Part shown: piece by piece, positions 60,268 to 64,000 of the stretch
Position numbering within the stretch: the stretch's first letter is position 1
Layout: every line of letters starts with the position of its first letter
Assembly: GCA_963827235.1 (NCBI GenBank)
Contig: CAWHAE010000016.1
Span: 672,001 to 736,000 of the forward strand
Length of the DNA: 64,000 nt
DNA from: an uncultured bacterium
Lineage (GTDB): Bacteria > Chloroflexota > UBA5177 > JANWHV01
Direction of reading: 5' to 3'
The notes under the pieces: generated by a model
Told to the model about the DNA's origin: nothing
What the model saw: the letters and a program-made list of their open reading frames with translations, nothing else
The model's database searches: none
Program-made: the position numbers and the translations under genes

Positions 60268-62238
60268 TCAGAAGGGCTTGAAGAGGGCGAGCGCCGTGCT
60301 CCAGGCGCCGCCCGCGCTCAACTGCATGGCGGCGCTCTGGCGACCCTTGGTCGTGGACAGCGCGTCTTCAAAGGCGACCATGCCATCCTTGCCCGTGACC
60401 GCCGCCCGCAGAGTCGCTCTATGCCCGCCGATGCTGCCGGCAGTCACGAACTCGGGGTACGTGCCGCTGGCAATCCCGGCAAATGCCAGGTCGCCGGATG
60501 GCACCGCGTGTGTGCTTCCCGTTCGGGCCGTGGTCGCCGTCCCAGAGCCGCAGGCAAAGGAATCCAAAGGACGAGTCCGCGCGATCCCCGAATATTCGGC
60601 TATTGCCACGCGTATCTGACCGCTCACCGTGCTGGTCAGCAATACCCTGGTCGCACCTGCCCGCGCGCCCGCGACGTACCAGATTGATGCCACCCCGCAG
60701 CGCGCGACCTCGACCCACTTCCGATTCTCGTTGTCGCTCACCTGCGGCTCACCCTCGGACCTGAACACGCCTACCAGCAGATCGCCGGCATACACCGGCC
60801 TGGCATACGGCCCCAGCAGGCTGAACCCGCTGCCAACCTGCGCCTTGCCCTGCACGAAGCTCGCACCCCGGTGCACGGGTGCACGTGACGCCGGCGTTCG
60901 AGCCGCCCGCGGCCCGGCCGTGGGAGTGGGTCGCGTGTGGCCCTGTACTGGCGTGCGTGTGATCGTCGGCGTGCGAGTGGGTATGGGTGTGAAGGTGGAT
61001 GTTGGAGTGCTGGTGGGTGTTGGCGTGTTTGTGAAGGTCGGCGTGCTGGTCGGTATGGGCGTGGGAGTAGGCGGATTGGCCATCGTGCCGAACCACTTCG
61101 CCAGCACCTGCCCGGCCGGCGTGAGCTGGCCCGTGAAGAAATCTACTGCGGCCTCGGGACCGTTGCTCCTGTTCCCCGTCAGCTGCCAGTATTCCTCTCC
61201 CTCGATGTAGGGCTGCTGGGCGAGCCAGCCCAGGAACTGATCCGTCGTATTGGCCGTCGCCGGCTCGGCCCCGTTGTCCTGAAAATCACCCCACTCGATC
61301 ACCATCGGCTTGCCAAACGCCTGGTAGCTGGCTTGAATGGCCGAAGTAAAGTCTGAGAAGCTCGTCGTGAAGTGGTCGACATTGTAGGTCGAGGCGAAGG
61401 CCATGGCGCTCTGGGTCACGTAGGGGTAGAAATTGCCCGCCAGGCCGAACCAGCCCGAGGCGACATCCTTGCCGATGGCGCGAAACGCAGCCTGATCGGC
61501 CTGCGCGAAGTCGCTGAGCCACTGGTTGAATGCCGCCGTGGACGGAAACTGGCAGACGCCGTGCGGGCAGTAGGCCGCCGAGGTCCCGGCGGGACCGTTC
61601 ACGATGCCGTCGTTCTGCGGCTCACCGAAGGGCTCGAAGATGTCACCATTCTGAAAGACGTCGGAGTGATGCAGAATCCACTGGTAGGTCATTCCGATGT
61701 ACGAGGTAGTGTCCTGGCCAGACAGCACGGCCGGCACGCCTCCGCTGCTCTCGTACGGGACCGCGGGAGTCGTGCTGTAGGAAAGCTTGACCTGGCCGTA
61801 GTCGCCTCCCCAGTGATTCCAGTTCCCCCGGAACAGCGCGTGCAGGCCAGCGACATGGATGGCATCGGCCCAGGCCTTGAGGTATTCGCCGGGAGCCAGC
61901 GGCCCAGGCGTGCAGTTGTAGCCCGTATCGTCGTACGGCACGTCGTCCGAGGCGAAGTTGGCGTGCAGCTGCACCACGTAGCCGACCAGTCGCGCCATGG
62001 TAGCTCGGTCGTACTGGCTGCAGACGGTATCGTGTGTGAGAGCCGTCATACTGACGTCGCGTATCGGCCAGGCGGCCGAATCCATCGCCCGGGCGGGAGG
62101 CACGCCGGATGGCGCGATCAAGAGAGCGGATACGACCGTCGCCATCACGGCTATGACGCCTGCGATGAGCGCGGGGATTCGGCAAATCAACGCAGTGGCT
62201 CCTAAACTTGCGCACCGGTCGGCGAAGACTTGGGACAT
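60268..62238 (-). CDS. Secreted modular protein: putative glycoside-hydrolase-like domain, Pro/Thr linker, C-terminal beta domain
   Basis: Hydrophobic signal ending ARA, aromatic/acidic core with FGEP and VIEWG, PTPTP linker. Confidence 0.7.
   Translation of the reverse strand: MSQVFADRCASLGATALICRIPALIAGVIAVMATVVSALLIAPSGVPPARAMDSAAWPIRDVSMTALTHDTVCSQYDRATMARLVGYVVQLHANFASDDVPYDDTGYNCTPGPLAPGEYLKAWADAIHVAGLHALFRGNWNHWGGDYGQVKLSYSTTPAVPYESSGGVPAVLSGQDTTSYIGMTYQWILHHSDVFQNGDIFEPFGEPQNDGIVNGPAGTSAAYCPHGVCQFPSTAAFNQWLSDFAQADQAAFRAIGKDVASGWFGLAGNFYPYVTQSAMAFASTYNVDHFTTSFSDFTSAIQASYQAFGKPMVIEWGDFQDNGAEPATANTTDQFLGWLAQQPYIEGEEYWQLTGNRSNGPEAAVDFFTGQLTPAGQVLAKWFGTMANPPTPTPIPTSTPTFTNTPTPTSTPTSTFTPIPTRTPTITRTPVQGHTRPTPTAGPRAARTPASRAPVHRGASFVQGKAQVGSGFSLLGPYARPVYAGDLLVGVFRSEGEPQVSDNENRKWVEVARCGVASIWYVAGARAGATRVLLTSTVSGQIRVAIAEYSGIARTRPLDSFACGSGTATTARTGSTHAVPSGDLAFAGIASGTYPEFVTAGSIGGHRATLRAAVTGKDGMVAFEDALSTTKGRQSAAMQLSAGGAWSTALALFKPF
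60920..61075 (-). repeat. Low-complexity Pro/Thr linker
   Basis: PPTPTPIPTSTPTFTNTPTPTSTPT... Confidence 0.7.
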
Positions 62239-62596
62239 GCGAGCGCGGCCGAACGCTGGCGATTCCGGGGTGCAGCATAATCATGACACGGGACCCGTCG
62301 AAGAGCAGGCCCTCTGAGGTACAGTCTGCCACATGCCGGGCATAGGTCCTACCCCGGCCCGCCACGGGCCTGCCCGAGAGCATAGCCTGCAACGCGAGAC
62401 GTGGCTGCTTGGTTCGGGTCGGCACGCAAATAGGGGTCAAAGGACCCGGCTGCTAGGTGCCGTTTGCCCTCAACAGACGCCCATGCTCCAGTGCTACGAT
62501 TGCTTGTGGTGGCGTGGCGATCGCCCACTTCCCCTGACGGGCTCCCGGGCGGACTCCTCACACTACGCCCCATGCAGGACTCGAACGCGTGACAAG

Positions 62597-63073
62597 ATGG
62601 AGAGACCGAACGTGAGCGAGAAACCCGTGCTCGTGACCGCCGAGGGCCGAGCAGAGATTGAAACCGAGTACAACCGACTGGTGACTGTCAGGCGCGTAGA
62701 AATTGCCGAGCAGCTCGGCGCCGCGGCCGACGATGGCGATCTGTCCGAGAACGCGGCATACGACCATGCCAAGGAAGAGCAGGCGCTGCTCGAGGGCCGC
62801 ATTGCCCAGCTGGAGCACACGCTTCGCCATGCCGTGGTCATCAAGAGCGGCGAGAGCGAGGTCGTGCAGCTCGGCTCCAAGGTGACGATCGAAGAAGACG
62901 GCCTGCAGGACACCTATGTGATACTCGGCCCGCTCGAAGCCGCACCGTCCAAGGGACGTATCTCGAACGAGTCGCCCATGGGCCGGGCTCTGATCAACCA
63001 TAGGGCCGGCGACCTGGTAGACGTCTACGCGCCTGCCGGGGTGCTCAAGATCCGCATTCTCTCAATTCAATAG
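62597..63073 (+). CDS. greA: Transcription elongation factor GreA
   Basis: GDLSENAAY, ISNESPMGRAL; start 62597 or 62612. Confidence 0.95.
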   Translation: MERPNVSEKPVLVTAEGRAEIETEYNRLVTVRRVEIAEQLGAAADDGDLSENAAYDHAKEEQALLEGRIAQLEHTLRHAVVIKSGESEVVQLGSKVTIEEDGLQDTYVILGPLEAAPSKGRISNESPMGRALINHRAGDLVDVYAPAGVLKIRILSIQ

Positions 63074-63152
63074 CTCGTCGACCGAGTCGCTGCCGCCGTT
63101 CCCTCCGTGATGCCGCGTGTGGCTGCCGGGACGAACGGTGGCCGGAAAACCT

Positions 63153-64000
63153 CTATCCTGCCGCGTCATAGCGGTCGGCTCGAACCGAGAAGTAGCGGGA
63201 TTGGGGATGGTGCACGACGATCGCCACCGTTGACTGCTCGGGTACGAGCTGGTAGGCAGTCGTCAGCGTAACGCCGATCTCCCCAGCGGGCAGCAAGCGG
63301 AATACCTTGGTGTGGTCGGCCAGGTCGGGGCAGGCCGGGTAGCCCCAGGAATAGCGCTTGCCCTGCATGGGCTTAAGTCCGAGCTCGCTCCGGATACGGC
63401 GATGAACGTGCTCTGCCAGAGCCTCCGCCGTCTCAACGCTCAGTCCGTGGGCATAATACGCTTCCGCGTAATCGCCCGCGTCGCGCAGCGCGTCGACGTA
63501 GCTCGTCGCCTCTTCTCCGACGGTCACCAGTTGGAAGGCCGCCAAGTCGGGATTCGCGGGATCGGTGCCGAAGTAGTCGCTGATGCAGAGGCGTTGCTGG
63601 TCGCTCTGGCGTGGAAAGTGAAATCGCTCCAGCTCGCTCGCCCGATCGCCCGGCGACAGCACGACCAGCGCGTCTGCATCCGCGTAGCACGGGAAGTAGC
63701 CGTAGGCAGCGCGGGCGCGCATCCAACCGAGCTCCACCGCCTCCCGCTCGAGCCTGCGCAGGCGCGGCATAAAATCGTCCTTCAACAGGCGGGTCCATTC
63801 CTGGCCGCCGGTATTCCGGGCGCCCCACGAGAGCCGGAACAGCGATCGCAGCGCCAGATGCTTGAACACGGGCCTGAGGTCGATGTCGTCGAGACACCGG
63901 GTGCCCCAGAAGGGCGGGGACGGCGGAGCCGCGGGCTCCACTGTCCTTGCCGGAACCACGGCAGGCGCGGCTTGCGCGGCCGCGGGACGCCCGGCAGACT
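63153..64000 (-). CDS. metH: Cobalamin-dependent methionine synthase, C-terminal activation domain (5'-partial)
   Basis: PPFWG, YGYFP, FPRQ, LCISDYF, RYSWGYPACPDL, PEQST. Confidence 0.9.
   Translation of the reverse strand, partial: SAGRPAAAQAAPAVVPARTVEPAAPPSPPFWGTRCLDDIDLRPVFKHLALRSLFRLSWGARNTGGQEWTRLLKDDFMPRLRRLEREAVELGWMRARAAYGYFPCYADADALVVLSPGDRASELERFHFPRQSDQQRLCISDYFGTDPANPDLAAFQLVTVGEEATSYVDALRDAGDYAEAYYAHGLSVETAEALAEHVHRRIRSELGLKPMQGKRYSWGYPACPDLADHTKVFRLLPAGEIGVTLTTAYQLVPEQSTVAIVVHHPQSRYFSVRADRYDAAG

Noticed and set aside
62440-62480. GGGCAAAC on the minus strand upstream of the GH-like gene, like a second c-di-GMP riboswitch
   Set aside because: No GNRA-capped stem or GACGCAAAG follows

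Overview
GC-rich bacterial window. Gene content and the Thr/Pro-linker secreted proteins suggest Chloroflexota or a similar soil monoderm (inference). The first ~22 kb is a dense low-oxygen redox island: three different cytoplasmic group 3 [NiFe]-hydrogenases side by side (Mvh-type 3c, Hyh/sulfhydrogenase-type 3b, HoxEFUYH 3d), each with its own maturation protease. They are followed by an FprA-type ferredoxin:NADP+ reductase, pyruvate:ferredoxin oxidoreductase (nifJ), a DHODH-like flavoprotein, a universal stress protein and a Crp/Fnr regulator. DosR/NarL-like boxes lie upstream of several of these units. Further on are a heterodimeric ABC exporter with an unusual fused hypothetical gene, an MFS pump and a small protein with a CxxCxxCxxxCP motif. 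A c-di-GMP-I riboswitch with terminator precedes a secreted papain-like protease with a 42-bp tandem-repeat tail. The rest holds xfp, glgX, a decayed sensor-kinase gene, split-alpha pntAB, a secreted Ag85/CE1-like esterase behind a perfect 35-bp palindrome, two TetR-MMPL modules, an MCP lacking TM1, araA, nrtR-nadB-nadC-nadA with operator, an unassigned secreted glycoside-hydrolase-like protein, greA and the 3' end of metH. Three otherwise intact genes carry single-base frameshifts, probably sequencing errors. No rRNA, tRNA, CRISPR array or transposase was seen.
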